Source: Aplysia californica
Lineage: Eukaryota
Length of the DNA: 64,000 bases
Assembly (NCBI RefSeq): GCF_000002075.1
Contig: NW_004797366.1
Location: 47,656 to 111,655, forward strand
Reading direction: 5' to 3'
Shown here in pieces: positions 61,601 to 64,000 of the stretch. The notes beneath the pieces are model-generated. The model was not told the origin of the DNA. It worked only from the letters and a program-made list of their open reading frames with translations, and did not search any database. The position numbers and the translations under genes are program-made. The first letter of the stretch is position 1. The number at the start of each line of letters is the position of its first letter.

Positions 61601-63337
61601 GGGGTCCAGGGCCAAGATGATTCCGAATATGAAATCAGTTTTAACATACGGTAATTCTTTTTAAAATTTTGAGTCCTGAGTTTAATTCTGTGCGGCGGCA
61701 AATTTCAAAATGAATCTTCGTCACAGCACGTCTCCCTCAAATCTGAACGTAATTGCACGGAAAATATCAAGCCACGCGACAGAGTCTCCCAATCATCGTT
61801 CAATCGTCCAAATTTTGTACAATCTTGTGGTTACACTTACACCTAACTTTAGATTCTATCGAATTATCCCTAGATCGTCCAGTTTTTGTACAATGTATCG
61901 TTATGTGTGTAACCAGGACTTTATCCAATCTATCGTCCAGTTTTCTTTCGATCGAGGAGATTCCTCGTCTTAAAGCCACCATGTCTCTTTGTGACGACAG
62001 CGATTTGCCTGTAGATAAATATCTACTCTACTCTCTATACAGTGGAACTCGGATTCAACGAGATCGTTGGGCCTGACCTAAAATCTCATTGAATCCGAGT
62101 GTTCGTTTTATAGCAAACACGAAGTTTTGTGTAGAGAATTACATGCACTGCTGAGCTAATGGATAAAGAGAAGTCACAAGTAGTGCCTGAAATGCCTGCA
62201 TATTATGAGCTGTGTAAAAAAAAAGACAGATTCGTTCAAATACACAAGCCTGTGTCATCTCGATTGTTTACCAAGAAAAAGTTGAGTTGCTGTGTAGAGC
62301 CGACGGCAACTTTTGATTCCATAGACCAACACACAATTCATTACTTAGATCTACGTCAACACTAACTTATTATTGTAATGATCAGTTGCCGGGGGGAAAA
62401 AGACTGACGCATATGCGACGTTCAACACCCGAACCGCTAGTGCCACCCCCCCCCCCCCCCCCCGACACACACACACAGCCACATGTGTGCAGGCCGCCCA
62501 TCCGACCCCGACACACCCTAACGAGCCATCTTTAATTGCTTCTGGTGACCTCTTGACAAATAAACATTTATTAGAAGCGTTATAACTTTGCAGGCCGGCC
62601 TCAAATTCATCATGAGATATAAACTCTGCTCCTACACAAAATGCCATTTTGCCCGAAGTGATCCCGGTCTCTACGTACCCAGCCTGAGCTGGAGTCACGA
62701 GTCACAGGAAGTCGGAAGTGATGTCATGCTGGACAAGAATCAGAGTCCGAATAACATTTTTTCATATTCGGACTCGAGTCTGAATGGATCTAGATCTAGT
62801 CACTTCGTAATACAATCACGCTCCTTGTTTAGTCTGTTCAACCGAAGTCACCCCAAAAATCGATGCATGAAACACACGGTCGCTGCAGTTGAAACCTCGA
62901 TAGTATTGTAGTCTTTTATCCCACAAGATTATGCTTTCAAAAGAATTGTTGATTCAAATTTTGGCCTCCTTGACCGTGCTACACAGCCAGTTTGCGGTAC
63001 CTAAACACAGAGACTTAGCTTGAAAAGTACAACTAGAAGAGTGATCTAATTTATAACCTTTCTTCACCTTTACTTTACTTCCAGAAAGAATCCGACAGAA
63101 GCTGACTGAAGGCTAAGTTAAATTGGAACCATACTTTCATTTCTCTATTCCTACCTCTTCATAGATCTAGAATCTAGATCCTAAGATCTCTTTATCTAAG
63201 AAGCACATACACATGATACACATGTGTGTCAAACGGAGTGTTACCTCTTGTTCTTCACTCTTGTCGACAACAACTGTCTCAGTCGCAGTTCCTGAATCAA
63301 CCGGTTGGGTTGAAGTTCCCGGTTGAGCCTCAGCCAT
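55482..63337 (-). CDS. PPP1R11: Protein phosphatase 1 regulatory subunit 11 (Inhibitor-3/Ypi1). Exons 63337-63245, 57998-57890, 57128-56931, 55618-55482 give 178 aa; reading on to TAA at 56926 gives 134 aa.
   Basis: MAEA...TATETVVV start, RVxF-type [21 protein letters not shown]|[14 protein letters not shown], acidic tract and CRGH. GT-AG boundaries with phases 0, 1, 1. The last exon is less certain. Confidence 0.9.
56008..56590 (+). mobile_element. Internally deleted Tigger/pogo transposon with HTH-psq/CENP-B remnant
   Basis: TIR CAGTGGAAACC.ATATAACAGG / CCTGTTATATCAGGTTTCCACTG|TA; internal [39 protein letters not shown] and LMWFKEAR. Confidence 0.8.
56931..57128 (-). CDS. PPP1R11: PPP1R11 coding exon 3
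   Basis: [38 protein letters not shown]. Confidence 0.93.
57890..57998 (-). CDS. PPP1R11: PPP1R11 coding exon 2
   Basis: [33 protein letters not shown]. Confidence 0.93.
62040..62520. mobile_element. Partial inverted copy of the 53127-54036 element
   Basis: TA|CAGTGGAACTCGGATTCAACGA plus internal similarity to about 53450-54000. Confidence 0.7.
63245..63337 (-). CDS. PPP1R11: PPP1R11 coding exon 1
   Basis: 31 codons, donor GAG|gtaac, acceptor at 63345 just upstream of the ATG. Confidence 0.82.
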
Positions 63338-64000
63338 TTGGTTTCTAAAAACTCAGCTCAAAAAGTAAACAATATAATAAAGAAACTCACAGACCGGTTT
63401 AAAGGTATAAAAATCTACTCTGCCTGACTGTCTTACAAGTACATGAAGTTCAGCTCCAAGAGACGGAAATGAGCAACCATGAAGTCATGAGAAGTAACTA
63501 AAGAAAACGATCTTGGCTTTGAAAGTTCGGTAAATCCTGTCAATAATAATGCTTAAATTGGGAGTAGTGTCCCTTAGACTCTTTTTATTATTATTATTTT
63601 TTGTTTTTTTACTTTACCTGCTTTGTGGCGATGGAGTTTTATGAAACAACCTGTCATTTTCAGGGGGAAAAAAGAAGGAACAACTGAAAATTACATTATT
63701 CAATGATTTTTCTGTTTGTTTTTTAACCTAGATAACTAGATATTCTGAAGATGACTAGGCTTAACTAGGCTACCCTAACTTTGAGAGACGTATCGACAGC
63801 ATATCATGACACAGGCAACACAAAACTGCACGTTGGCCTACCAATACACTGTGGGACTGGCAATATGTATAATACTCGTCTTTAGTTGTCTTTATTTTTA
63901 TTTTCTTCGTGACCCGATCTTGGGGTGGTTCTGGGTGAACCCAATAAGTTTATAGAAAGCTCCTAATTGTACCAGCACATGGATTCTTCTTCTTCTTCTT

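Overview
This is eukaryotic (metazoan) genomic DNA, not prokaryotic: it has GT-AG introns, microsatellites, N gaps and dense short transposons. The SINE types suggest a gastropod mollusc, which is an inference only. Three spliced genes could be rebuilt by hand with consistent intron phases. (1) A torsin-4A-like AAA+ ATPase on the - strand, 2 coding exons, about 535 aa. (2) ASPM/abnormal spindle on the + strand, 23 coding exons, 11,001 nt CDS, about 3,666 aa, with ASH, CH, about 50 IQ motifs and an ARM/HEAT-like tail. It lies head-to-head with the torsin gene across a promoter carrying CCAAT and CHR motifs. (3) PPP1R11/Inhibitor-3 on the - strand, convergent with ASPM, with a candidate alternative C-terminal exon. 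Introns and intergenic DNA hold tRNA-derived SINEs, about 10 copies of a headless ~185-bp retroposon, several MITE families (6-bp TSD, Merlin-like, Kolobok-like, pogo/Tigger-like), an RNase H LINE fragment and a four-element nested insertion. No CRISPR, rRNA or true tRNA gene was seen. No wholly new multi-gene system is evident. The best leads are the ASPM architecture (very long N-terminal exon, katanin-motif repeats, IQ higher-order repeats, candidate poison micro-exon), the TCTAGA clusters near gene starts, and the unclassified mobile elements.
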